Positions 1 to 12,509 are shown, numbered from the whole stretch's first letter. The stretch: DNA of 62,536 nt, filler included, from Circinaria calcarea (GCA_051942165.1; 8 parts of 8 records of this genome joined end to end with filler, not necessarily neighbours in it); one strand, 5' to 3'. Program-made: numbers and translations. Notes: a model not told the origin generated them from the sequence alone.

Positions 1-400
1 ATTATATATAATTATTATATAATTAATAAAAATTATATTTTAAGAGCGCGGGGATTTTATAATAAATTATATATAAATTTTTAATAAATTTCGCGATGAT
101 TTATATATTTCTTAAATGAAACTCTCAGACTTTTTTCAAAAAAGGGTTATATAATATCAGATTAGAATAACCTTTTTTACGCGGAGCTAGTACGAAAGAA
201 GTCTGAGGCCTCCGGAGTTTACGGAGGTGGCACTGAGGCAAGTAGAGGGGGCGACGGGCAAGGTTTATCAAACCATTCGGAGGGGAGCGCTAGTATGCTG
301 GCGGGTAAAAGCTGCCGAAATGGCCGAAAAGAGCTTAATGTCGTGATTGGAGCGCATGGAGAAGGAGGCGGGAAAAACACGTTAGTATTTCATAGCATTT
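1..400. mobile_element. AT-rich, probably RIP-degenerated repeat/transposon relic
   Basis: 1-180 is extremely AT/TpA-rich with surviving CGCG islands. 181-360 on the minus strand reads like a stop-riddled ORF. Family not recognisable. Confidence 0.35.
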
Positions 401-1291
401 ATCAATACACATATTCCGGCTCAGCCGTGCATTCCAATTAACGACGTAGTACTCTGCCTGTAATGCTCCTCCTTTCTCCATTTAGCGATTTTTAAATACG
501 TTCGTCACTCGTGAAACTTGGATGTGCCTGCTCTAAGGCCATGGCGATAGATGTCAAATCAAGTGGACGGATAGTGAAGATCCGGCTCACGTATGCATAA
601 AAGGATATAATAATCTACAAGCAGTTACCAATCTCGTCCAATTGTGGCCCCGGGTTGATTGGCTGCCATGTTTATCACAGCGTTACCTTTTCGCAGCTGG
701 GTCCACAGTTTCGTACCATATTTGAACAATCTTGCGCTAATGCACATCAACATACATGCATGTATGTGTATCTTGCGACTGAAACAGGCAGCCAAGGGGT
801 TGCACCCATCAGCGCTCCAAGCAGCCCGAAGGCACCAGTAGCCAGCTAATGGTTCATCACTTTCCAGGGTAGCATAGCACAAGGAAGTTGATCTGCATAT
901 GTAGGTTATCTACGCGTCACGGACACCCTACTCTACCCCATCTATCTATTCCAATACTTCTTACCCAACGTAGGTGTTATGGGTCTTGTATCGGGTGGAC
1001 CATGTCCTGATTGGTTGTTAGGTTTTCATGCAGCTCTTTTTTGGCCCTCAGACCTTCCAACTTCGTTTCTTAAGCAATGTAACATAAACAGGTCGATCCC
1101 GTGGTTTACACCTTTCTTGTCTCCGTGCCGCCGAAGAGCATGATGCAGGTTATCTAACAGCATTCTCCAGGGGGGCAGTCTACATTATGCCTACAATGTG
1201 TCTGTCTCCGGTTCTGGTGTCTGTCACTAGATCTATCCCTTTACCTGGGCGGGTCTCGTTTCTGTTTCCTTGATTCTACAACTCAGCATCT

Positions 1292-2398
1292 ATGGCAGAC
1301 ATTTGCGACGACCACCAGAGAATAGACCTCCAGGCTCTGATTTGGACTCTGCTCTCCATTGCTATTATTGTTGTTGCTCTCCGCTTTTTGGTGAGGATAC
1401 GTTACGACCATGGTCTTGGCTGGGATGATTACACAGCTGTAGCGGCCCTAGTAAGTCAAGTCGTATAATCCGTCACATTCTCAGAGAGGTCTGACACTAC
1501 TTAGCCTATTGCGATAGCCGGCGCTGTTCTCATAAACAAAATGTACCAAGCCGGCTTGGGTAGACATTCTGTCTGCCTCACAAACACTAATGTTCTGGAG
1601 GTTATTCAGTGGGGCGTCCTCGGATAGATCATCGAAGTTGTACCTATTGCACTGAGTAAGGCCTCGGTGTGTCTCTTTACGCTGCGAATCATTGGGAATA
1701 CCCACACCAAGCTCCGCAAAACCTTCTGGGCCCTCATAATCTTCGTCGTGGCTTGGCACTCGGCACGCTTGCTTTTACACCTTCTTCAGTGCAGACCTGT
1801 GGCAAAGTCTTGGGATACTAGTTTGAAAGGCACGTGCCTCCCAATAGAGGCGACATACAAAACTGTATACGTAGCCATCGGTAAGATCAAATTGAAAATG
1901 TGGTTAATATATACTGATAGAAGTCTTAGCTTTCGACGTCTCTGTAGATATTGCGTGTGCTGCCATACCGACTTTTGTGATTTATAGGCTGCAGATGAAC
2001 AAAACGACGAAAGTTGCTATCTGTTGCCTTTGAGGTCTGGGAATCTGGTAATGGCTCTCTATGAACCATTAAACTTTTGACTTGCTAATCGTACTGTAGT
2101 ACTGCTGGCTGCGGTGTAATGGAAGCATTTACATTGTCATATGTTTTCAAGGGAGACTATACCTGTTAGTAAAGATAAACTGTTCAGTCTCCAGGAAGGT
2201 CCGCTGACCAACTCACTAGGGTACATGATATTTCCAGTGACGTGGGGGTCAGTCGGAGTTGGACTGAGCACAATCCTTCCATCAATCCCAGCACTTAGAT
2301 CTCTATACAAGCATGTGCTGGGGGCCAAGCCAAATAGGCTCGTCGTATTCAGACACCGATCGAATGAGAGGAAAAGCTCAACCCTGGCAATTGTGTAA
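1292..2398 (+). pseudogene. PTH11-like (fungal rhodopsin-domain) integral membrane protein pseudogene
   Basis: Hand-spliced 5-exon translation: MADICDD..IVVALRFLVRIR..GLGWDDY, GLGRH, LSKASVCLFTLRI, LQCRPVAKSWD..GTC, DIACAAIP..RLQM..K, SIPALRSL. In-frame stops: TAG 1625-1627 and TGA 2031-2033. Confidence 0.8.
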
Positions 2399-3302
2399 CT
2401 ATACACTATTCAACCATCTATGTAGGTTCAAAGGTCAGGTCAAAACAGTCTCTGTCAGATCGCGATCTTGTGTGAGGGCCGAGCAATAATGGTACACGTT
2501 AACCAACTTGATACGACGATTGTGTCTCGACACTAAGTCAAGGCTGCTACGGCTCTAGGGGCAGTGGCTTCATATATTTCACCAATAATGAATAAGATTC
2601 TGAGGTGGGGGAAAGGAGTACTTGAAGATGTAGGGTGGGAGGAGGCTTTTTGCGGAATCCGCTACAATAAATTTTCTACGAAGAATAGGCTTCCTTCTCT
2701 CGCAAGAACCTGCAGACCCGGTATCTCCAGCGTCTTCTCATGCCCTTCACTCTAAGCCCTCGTTATAAACATCATGATTTAACCTTCCCGCAGCAAGCTT
2801 CATCGATATTTTGTAGGATAGCATAAAGGCGAAAAACGGTATTAAATAAATAAATACTTGAAATACCTATGTGCAAGGATCCTCTACGAATAGTATGATG
2901 ATCTTACGAATAAGGGTCGGTAAATTGTGTGATAATGAGCTCAATTGGTTCGCATAGCGTATGAATTATTGCTAAAGAATTCTGGTATGACACTTCGCGA
3001 GGAAAACCTTTCTCGTTAAGCTAACACCTCGTGACCTCGGTGTAAGTTCACCCGTAGGGTTCGTAGGGGTTCTCGGGTAGAGCCCTTACAATTTTGTAGC
3101 CATTTCAACGTGTATATTCTATATTATAAAATCAACAAAATATTTTAAAAATAACTCGCTCTGACAAGTTCTAGATTGTATTAAGCTGCTTAATATGCAC
3201 TTTTCAGAATTCTAATATACGGTGCTGTTGTTGATCAATTCTCAAAAAACGTCTTCTCATACAAAAATTTCGCTCTCCTCACCAAAAAGGCTGGATAATT
3301 CC

Positions 3303-3399
3303 CTCAGACTGCGCTTCGCACGCACGCTATTTTAAGTATCTACTAATTATATACAGCCATTCCGAAAAATACGCGGCAGCGAAGCAAAAGCAGTCTGAG
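3303..3399. repeat. Imperfect inverted repeat (hairpin/MITE-like) upstream of the NLR gene
   Basis: CTCAGACTGC (3303-3312) pairs with GCAGTCTGAG (3390-3399). GCTTCGC (3313-3319) pairs with GCGAAGC (3379-3385). Inner TATTTT/AAAATA also pair. Confidence 0.55.
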
Positions 3400-3627
3400 T
3401 TTCTGAGACAAACAATTTTCGCATACGATGTAGGTTTTTAGTCCACCCCGCGAGGCTGAGACTGCCAGTATGCAGCCACCACTTTCGTCCGGCTCATCTC
3501 ATTGGCCGCAGAGGGGCGGAGAATCAGGTATGGCAAAGCCACCGCTGACATCTGTCGCGATTTTCTTCCAACGTCAAGGCATTACTTGAGCAGACTGATT
3601 ATCTCGCCATCTGGGTCCTAAAACGAA

Positions 3628-6600
3628 ATGCCGTTTAGATCCAGGATACGTCAGGCTCTGGGCATCCGGCCCAAGTCAAATGGAACTCAATCATCCAGTG
3701 GCCCAGTATCCAGTGGCCCAGTATCTAGTGGCCCAGCATCCAGTACCCAAGCCTTAATACTTCCTCAGAGCCCTTTTCTAATACCTTCAGCAACAGTTCC
3801 CAGGTAGGTCGAGTCTGCTGGTACCCTCTATTTCCTAGAGAAGATTTGAACACTTGAGTCATGCCTAAGCTTACCTTTTTCAATACCAGCTCTACAGATA
3901 ATGTCGCTTTTGATGACGCCCTACAGCAGCACCTGCAGAAGCTCAACCAGAGCGAGAAGGATGCGTTCAACGCCGCCTATCAGAATATCGACCCGGAAGG
4001 CCTGTTCTCAAGAGTGGAAGACTTCGATCGCATCTACAACGCGAAAGCCTCCTCTCGACGGTGTGCGGAACCGGTGACAAGATTTATAGGGATTCTTGAA
4101 CAATTTATGGCGGGTATGGCTATCGGGATACAGAGCAGTCCCGAAATCTCCTGTTTAGTGGTTGGAGCAGTTAGGATTGTCATTGATGTAAGTGGTTCAA
4201 TGGATGAAGTTTCTTTCAATCAACTCCTCCTACACCCATTTCCAAGAAGTACCTTTGTACGGAAACACAACTAGAGACTTCGTACACGTACGCGGTTACA
4301 CAGAGCGAGTAGCTGCAAGTGTTTGAACTAATCGAGTTTGTAGCTTGCAGTCAAATTCATCACATTCTTCAGTCGACTAACTGAAATGGTAAGTTGCCTT
4401 GCGGACCATTTAGGGAATCTGAAGGAGTATGCAAAGGCTGCACAAGGGTCGAAGCTTCTTCAAACCACCTTGGCTAGCGTCTACGGAGACCTGCTGGCTT
4501 TTTGTAGTCAAGCACGATCTGTCTTCGTGGATGAGCTTGGAGCGGAACGGAAATGGCTGTCGATTAAAATATTTATCCCTGTCCAATGGGAGCCATTCGA
4601 AGCTAAGTTTGGGGCTATAAGTTCATCCGTCCGGCATCATCTGGAAGTGCTATTACATTCAGTTCAAGCATTACAGATCAATGCTATCGAACGAGGTAAC
4701 AGAGAGGCGGAATCAGAGCGACAACGAGTCCGCGAAATAGAAAAAGGTGAGTTGTGCCTTTAGCAATGTCAATTCTCTATAACCCGCATTTACGATCTCT
4801 ATATCTATATAGTCAAGGAAAGGAAGGACTTCTTAGCTTGGATCTCCAACCGTGATTTCGAAAAGGACCACGATAATGTGTTTTCTAAAAGGCACCCTGA
4901 CACTGGAACCTGGTTACTCCGAGAACCGAAAGTTGAACAATGGTTTAACATGCACTCATCAACCCTGTTATGGTGCTATGGGAAGCGTAAGTAGTATTAA
5001 CTAACCAGAACCTCTGGAACGATGCTTACTATTGAACTAGCGGGAGCCGGGAAATCTGTTCTGTCGTAAGTATCTCAACCCCAAAAAGTGTATTCGGTTA
5101 TTGAATGTCCGCAAGTTCAATTATGCTGGAAGATATCGTCAGTCGCTACCGTTTAGACGATCGAGTCGGTATCGCTTTCGCCTATATCAAGTACGATTCT
5201 CCGGATTCACAGCAACCTCTTGAGATCATCTCTGCAATGATCAAGCAACTATGTTGGAGCAAAGACACTATACCACGTGATCTTCTTGACTCTTTCCACG
5301 AGTATGACAGAAATGCAAGGCCTCGCAATTTAGACACAACCCTCTCCTGTTTTATTAATGTTCTAAGATCTTATGATCAAGTTTTCTTGATATTCGATGC
5401 GCTAGATGAGTGCGAGCAAAACCTTCGACAGCGGATGTTAGAAATTATCAAGGACATGATTACACAGATACCTGCGGCTAAAATCTTCGTTACAAGTCGA
5501 AGGGAAACCGATATAGTGGACGCCTTTACACTCCTAAAAACACCAAGAATCGAGATAGCCGCACATAACGTTGAAGCAGATATTACTCGTTTTGTCGTGG
5601 ATCGCGTGAGGCACCTAATCGAGACTAGGAAGTTGAAAATTCAAGATCCTTTATTAGAAGGGAGAATCATAAAGAATCTTACCGCTCAGGCCGACGGCAT
5701 GTGAGTTACCCCTGCAGAACTCTGCATCACTTGATATCGCTTATTCTGCTTAGGTTCCTATGGGTCAACCTACAGTTAGAAAACCTCTGTCGGCAGAGAA
5801 GCGATCGAGATATAGAAGAGGAGCTATTTCAACTGCCGCAGGGCTTGGAAGCAACTTACCAAAGACTGCTCGGGCGGATTAGTCGTCAGCCAAAGGCGCT
5901 TAAATCTCTTGCGCGAAAGGCCCTGATGTGCGTGCTGTATGCTATTCGCCCCCTTGAACCTGAAGAGCTCGTTGAGGCAGTTGCGTTTGAAAAGAGTTCT
6001 TCGTCGGGAGATAGTCTCAAGGAATATTCTATTGAAGTGATTCTTGAATCGTGTTCGAACCTCCTGATCGACGAGAATGGGTGGATAAAGCCAATACATT
6101 TTTCAGTTAAGGAGTTCCTAACACATTTTCTTCCAGCTGGGGATGATACTCCTAAACCCACATATTTGTGGGACTTCCACGATGGACATACCGAGATGGC
6201 GAAAGGTTGCATGGCGTATATGATGCTCAAATTAACTGCAAAAGGTCCGTGTATAGATACTTATGAGCTAAGCGAACGTACCCTGGAACATCCGTTACTT
6301 ATATACTCTTCCCACTTTTTCGACGAACACATCCACCGAGTAACTTCAATCACGCCAGATCTTGAAGAACAGCTCAATATTTTGCTTTGTAGTCAAAGCC
6401 GTGTGCTAGCAACTATCTTACAATTACGTCGATGTAGAAGCGAATATTCCAGGCACGACGAAGACGATAATGTCACAACTTATTCCCAAGTTGTAAATGC
6501 GATAACACTGGTCTACTCGACAAAGTTATTCAATCTCCCACACCTTCGATTAGGTAATACTGGGTGGAAAAGCCTCGAAGTCCCTAAGTATACTCTCCAC

Positions 6601-7749
6601 GAAGCTTCCTCCAATGGGACGATTGATGCTATAAGTCAATTAGTTGTTGAGCTCAATTGTGATATCAACGAAAGGGATGAACATGGCAATACTCCTTTAT
6701 ACCATGCCGTCAAGAGGGGTCAAACCAACGCGGTTATGTTGCTGCTTAAACTGGGAGCTCATATCAACGTGCCCGGTAATAATGTATTATGCTTGGCATC
6801 AGAGAACGGCTTCCTTGACGTTGTTCAAATACTACTTAAGGCAGGAGCTGAGGTCAATGCCCAAGGTGGAGAGTTTTTTACTGCGTTACATGCTGCTGCA
6901 TATAGGGGATCACTCGAAATTATTCAGCTGCTGCTGGGTAGGGGAGCCGAGGTTAATACTCAAGGCGGAAAGTATTTTACTGCATTACAAGCTGCTGCTG
7001 CTGTATTTCAGGGATCAATTGAAGTTGTTCAGCTACTGCTGAATAGGGGAGCCGAAGTTAATGCTGAAGGCGGAGAGTATTTTACTGCATTACAAGCTGC
7101 TGCTGCATATCAGGGATCAATCGAAGTTGTTCAGCTACTGCTGGATAGGGGAGCCGAGGTTAATGCTGAAGGTGGAAAGTATTTTACTGCGTTACAAGCT
7201 GCTGCTGCTGCATCGCGGGGATCAATTGAAGTTATGCAGCTACTGCTGGATAGGGGAGCCGAGGTTAATGCTCAAGGCGGAGAGTATTTTACTGCGTTAC
7301 ATGCTGCTGCACGTCGAGGATCAATTGAAGTTATTCAGCTACTGCTGGATAGGGGAGCCGAGGTTAATGCTGAAGGTGGAAAGTATTTTACTGCATTACA
7401 AGCTGCTGCTGCATATTGGGGATCAATTGAAGTTGTTCAGCTACTGCTGGATAGGGGAGCCGAGGTTAATGCTCAAGGCGGAGAGTATTTTACTGCGTTA
7501 CATGCTGCTGCACGTCGAGGATCAGTTGAAATTATTCAGCTACTGCTGGATAGAGGAGCCGAGGTTAATACTCAAGGCGGAGAATATTTTACTGCGTTAC
7601 AAGCTGCTGTATTTCGGGGATCAATTGAAGTTATTCAGCTACTACTGGATAGGGGAGCCGAGGTTAATACTAAAGGTGGAAAATATTTTACTGCGTTACA
7701 AGTTACTGCATATTGGGGATCAATTGAAGTTATTCAGCTACTGCTAAAT
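3628..7749 (+). CDS. Fungal NLR-like STAND protein: helical N-terminal domain (Goodbye/DUF7708-like) + NACHT + ankyrin repeats; 3' end cut by spacer
   Basis: Multi-exon gene from ATG 3628. RHPDTGTWLL, Walker A GKPGAGKS (split by intron 4987-5040, with 25-nt exon 5041-5065), Walker B VFLIFDALDEC, KIFVTSR, ADGMFLWVNLQL, IHFSVKEFL, then at least 11 ankyrin repeats. Confidence 0.93.
6844..7749 (+). repeat. Array of 9 near-identical 99-105 bp ankyrin-coding repeats
   Basis: Units begin GAEVN at about 6844, 6943, 7048, 7150, 7255, 7354, 7456, 7555, 7654. Unit lengths are 33, 35, 34, 35, 33, 34, 33, 33 aa plus a partial unit. Confidence 0.95.
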
Positions 7750-7849
7750 NNNNNNNNNNNNNNNNNNNNNNNNNNNNNNNNNNNNNNNNNNNNTTAATTA
7801 ATTAANNNNNNNNNNNNNNNNNNNNNNNNNNNNNNNNNNNNNNNNNNNN
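7750..7849. other. Artificial contig spacer
   Basis: N44-TTAATTAATTAA-N44, with stops in all six frames. Confidence 0.98.
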
Positions 7850-9066
7850 CTTCCCTTCCACACCACCACCTCCGCCGCCCTTCATCGCCGCCGTCCCAAT
7901 CGTACTGCTCTTTTTCGTTGTAGGCTCCCCCGGCGCGCCAAACGAATCCCAGAAGTCTTTCTTTTCGGGTTCGATTGTTCTTGATGAGGAGGAGAAGGTG
8001 GTACCGCCTTCGCCTTCGACGAAGCGGTTAAATTGCTCGGCCGCGCCTTTGGTGGCTTTTTGGGCGTTTTGCGCCATTTGGGTAGCGGTGTGGCGGGCAG
8101 TGGTTGTGAGGTCTGCGACGGCGATCTAGAGAGGTGGGAGGGGTTAGTATAATATAGCGACTTATGGGGTAAGGCGAAGGGGAAGGTGTAGAGGGGAGAC
8201 GGACCTTTTGAGCGGTTGGTTGGATCCATCCCTCGTTCACGCTCTTTGCACTCTTCCCCACTGTAGATGTTAACCAGCCAAATCCCTTGGTCAGTGCTGC
8301 CACGGGATCCTGAGTTAACTCGTCCACGCCTGGGATTCCTTTTGTCTCATTTCTTGAGGGAGGTGGGGGCTCGCTGCCGAATCCAGCGTACTTCCCTCCT
8401 TGGCTGGGATGTAGATCTGCTGGCCGGGATGCATTCTCGTTTCCGAGTTTTGCAAAGTAGGACTCATTCTGCTGTTTTCGTGAAAGAACTGAAGGAGAGT
8501 CTGCCCGAGTGGTGGAAAGGGGTGTCGAGGTTCGCGTTACAGGTTTCTTTTGTTCCGGTTTCTTTGCAACAGGAACATATTCCCTCCCCTCCACCTTGGC
8601 ACTCAATCTCTCCTTCCACTCCTCCCCTATCTGTCCCGAATATCTATCCTCCACACTAGCATTCTCCCACGCTCTTTCGCCCCCGCTATTGGTCTTTATC
8701 CAAAACTCCTTCCAAGCCGTGTTTCCCCCTAGCTCCATGCGCCGTACTTCTCCCACTTTGAAGCTATCCATTTGTACGCTGCGGACGAACGAAATGTGTA
8801 CCCCCAGGCCGCGGTGTATGCCGGCGCACTCGAGACAGATGAAAGTACCGAATTTGGGAGAGGCCCATTGTGGGGAGGAGGTAGTGCAGTCGGCGCATGT
8901 GGAATTACCGGGAAGTTTCTGGAGAGCGACGAGCTGTGGAAAATGGAGAGATTATCAGCCATGTCTTAGGTCGGACACCCAGGGTATTGAAGACGGCCAA
9001 TTGGCAGCAGTAGAGAATAGATAGACTAGATACCTTGCTCTTTGTTTCGGGATCTACCTCCCACAT
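7850..9066 (-). CDS. GCS1: ADP-ribosylation factor GTPase-activating protein; extreme 3' end cut
   Basis: MWEVDPETKSK, intron, then LVALQK..CADC..PQWASPKFGTFICLECAGIHRGLGVHISFVRS (ArfGAP zinc finger); GGKYAGFG; DPVAALTKGFGW; KKDFWDSFG. Confidence 0.92.
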
Positions 9067-10001
9067 TGCGTGAATTGGCTCATTCAAGAAGGCAAGATTG
9101 TAGATTTACAGATTCTCTATATGGTCTGGCCTCTATTGCAAGAATATGAAATGCAGAGCTTGAATTACTAGAATTTCCTAGTTATAATTCTAAGGAAGTA
9201 ATTGGAATTGACCAATCATCCGAACCCTTCAGCATTAAACTATGAGATCCTACTCGTGTCGTCTCACTCTTCAAAACCCACTTATGCAAGCTCGACGTCT
9301 TCCAACTCCCACCACACCACATTCAACGCCCCATAAGCCTGATACATTCCCGCCACACTTTTCAGAGCGTGGACCGCGGCGGGATGAGGGGAATGACTGA
9401 TGTCCCAATCAAGGGTTCTCGGACACCTTGCGTGCCTTGTACTAATATGTTTTCTCGCCAGCCGGAGTCACACAGAAGAGAATGCCCCGAACACCGAGTG
9501 GAACGTTATTGTGGAGCAAGGCTTCCATCTGCACCAACGGGCAGATACCTTACTTTGGGTAATCGCCGGTGAGGCATCAGAGAGGTGTGCAAGTGGCGAG
9601 AGCCCTGCAAATCTGTTCCCACAGCATTCTCCTATTTCATTGGCTCGAAGTATCATATCTATCCAGCTGTCTAGTTTCACGCCATGCTGTTGCATCGGTG
9701 TCGTACTCCATCAATGCAGTTTCTGTGCAGATCACATTTTGATCGCAGCCTTGAGGCCTGATATGGTTGCCCAGCTGTGCATCTAAGGAAGACTGCGCCA
9801 TCTTTGCTTTACGTGTCTGACATCGGAGTGCCCCCTTTTCTTGAAGATAATCTATTAACACTGTACGCATTTAATCACCCTACAAAATTTTCAGCTATCT
9901 GGGTTCTCAGTCAGATGAGAATAAGTGATAGTTCGTTCAATTTCTTATTGGAAGGGGCACAGCTCGTCCTGATTGGCTTTGACCCGTATCCTGCTTTCTG
10001 A

Positions 10002-12509
10002 ATGGCTGATCCATTGTCCCTCGCAGCTAGTATCATTACTGTCGTCGGTGCTGCCGATACCATTGGCAAGACTCTTTCAAATATTAAGATTCTTCACCAT
10101 GCCCCTGAAGAGCTTCTGGCCTTGAACAATGAGGTCTCGGACCTTAAAGTCGTTCTGAGTAGCATCGAGAGCTGTATAACGGCAGAGCACTTGGATGCGT
10201 CAGCAACGTCCCAAGACCTCCTCCAACATATGTCTACGCTACTTGAAAGAGCAAAGGATAGATTACTCCAATTAGATCAACTGATTCATTACCGATTCCT
10301 CAAATCTGGATCCTTGGACGGCGACTACAAGGTATTTCGGCTTGAGTGGGTCAAAGCAAAGAATACTGTTGAGAACCATCGACAAGCGCTTCGGGAAACC
10401 CGACAGAATCTTGTAACGCAGCTGACCCTCATCAACTCGTAAGTTTAATGTTTCCCAGGCAGTAGCTTAAAGAAGAGGGCTTACTTTGGACAGTACCCAG
10501 CAGTCCCAGATCCGTCTTAAGGTCGAGGAAGTATTTCTGGTTTCGAATCAAGTGCAGGCAAGCCAGCTTCGACTTCGTCATCATGTCGATGAACAATACA
10601 ATAGCAGTTCCAGACGTCTTATTGACATAATGGACTGCCAATCCAATTTTGGTCCGGTTTTTGAGGATATCCGAAGGTCACTTAGTATACGCGAGCAACT
10701 CCCTAGGCAATGCGGCGCTCCTGAGAATCACTCTCCATACCCTGTCATCGGGATTCGAACGTCCACTCCTCCACTTCGGCAACCATGTTTTCCGTCTTGC
10801 AGGTGTAGGTGTCATCAGCCTCATTATATGAAATCGCCTCGCTTTCTGAACAACTTCCTGGGCGCTCTATTTCTGGGCTACTCCGGGTGTCCTTCTGGTG
10901 GCCTTCAGAATTGTACGGACAATGCCTGCCTCGCACGGTCGGAGTTTAGGGCATATGTCAATTACTTCTTCCCGTCCTGGTTACTCTCTAAGGCGATGAT
11001 CTTGACCATCATGCTCGGCACGGCTAATGGACCGTGCATGACTCTGACAGTCCGCAGAATTGTGAAAAATGAGGCAGAGATATTCCGGCTTGCCTTCTCT
11101 GATGATGCTATTGGAATACAACGTCTGCTTTCTAGACGTCTAGCATCACCAAATGACTTGATGGCGTTTAGTGGGGCGAATGCACTTATAGTACGTCTGT
11201 TCAAATTTCAAAATAAAAGCACTTTATTCATGGAATCGTTCTAAATGATCGATACTTTTCGGGGTGGTCTGCAGTATGACGTTGATGCAAGACCCTGATC
11301 AGTAAATGAAACCCTAGTAATAGATTTACTCTTTAGTCTTGTTTGACCTTGGCTACAGCGCCGACGTTAAATGCCTGTAAAGTCTTGCTTGATGCTGGTG
11401 CAGATCCTTACTATGACCCAGCTACCGGCACCGGGTAACAATATTCCTGGTGATTCATGGCTAATGGTTACGCTAACGTGGAATATAGATCGGCCTATAG
11501 CCGCGCATGGCTTAAAATATTCCAAGCAGCCGAAAGTCCATCTAACCTAGATACACTACGTCGCTTATTCCCGAACTATGATCACGAGCAAAATCAGTTC
11601 TCCAGGCTTCATACAGCTGTTCTTGGTATCACTTCACTTAGCTTGGAGGTAGAGCTTTGTGAAAGCCATATCGATGTTAATGCCCGTGATTCGGAAGGAA
11701 TGACAGCACTAGCATGGGCTGTCCTTAGAGGGGATGAAGTAAAAACAAGAGCTCTTCTCAAAGCTGGAGCTCATTTGGACGTTTGTGACCATGGTGGGCA
11801 CTCCCCGTTCATGCACGCTATAATCGGAAGGAGTTATACCTGCGCAGACCTTTTGATGGAAGCTGGTGCGGATATTACTCCTAAGTCTGGAGGTGGGGTT
11901 GGTGCGCTCCATTTTGCAGCTGCTCATCAAGATGGCGCCAAGATTATTGAGCGACTCATAGCTGTAGGAGCAGACATAGATGATCGAACTCCTTGGGGTA
12001 CTACACCGCTAGTATATGCCGTTAGTTGGGATAATGTTCGTGTTGTAAACTTCTTACTAGGCCATGGGTCAGACATCGACAATCTAGACGACGATGAAGA
12101 CTCTGTGTTGAATGAGGCTATCCTTAGGTGCAGCCATGATGTGTTGCCATTATTGCTACAACGTGGAGCTTCTTATATTACAATCAACAAGTACGGCAAT
12201 ACCATCCTCCATGACACAGCTCTCTTTGCCGACCTCAAAATTATCGAGATTTTCATCGCTGCGAATCTCTACGGCATCGACACTTACGCGAGAAACAACG
12301 CCGGCAAGACAGCTATGCAAATAGCTTATGAGCGGGAGACCCGTCCGGAGGGGTTTATCGAAGCTTTTCAGGCTCTCCTCTTCGAAATCAGAAATCGGAA
12401 TGATAGTATGAGCGGAGGTCACCAGTCAGGCCGTGTGGTTGAGGTTGAGGATGATTCTGAAGCAGAAGATGCCTTTGCTGATGCGGTGGAAGAGCAGGTG
12501 GAGGACTAA
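10002..12509 (+). CDS. HeLo-like N-terminal domain + CxxxCxCxCH region + ankyrin repeat protein (no NACHT); splicing at 11191-11490 unresolved
   Basis: MADPLSLAASIITVVGAA..APEELLALNNEVSDLKVVL (fungal HeLo-like/STAND N-terminus); intron 10439-10493; CFPSCRCRCH; YFFPSWL; ankyrin units GMTALAWA, GHSPFMHA, GTTPLVYA, GNTILHDTA; acidic tail. Confidence 0.8.

Noticed and set aside
6644..7747. Alternative-frame ORFs of 132 and 228 aa (MLKAESILL.. repeats)
   Set aside because: Shadow frames of the ankyrin repeat array.
6844..7749. CRISPR array or TALE-like DNA-binding repeats
   Set aside because: The units are in-frame ankyrin repeats of a NACHT protein with no unique spacers; the variable di-residue is only an analogy.
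7794..7805. TTAATTAATTAA recurring about every 7.8 kb as a biological repeat or CRISPR-like array
   Set aside because: Always embedded in N44 flanks; it is an assembly spacer.
3628..12509. NLR plus HeLo-like gene as a linked receptor-effector pair
   Set aside because: They lie on different pieces separated by a spacer, and no shared amyloid-type motif was seen.
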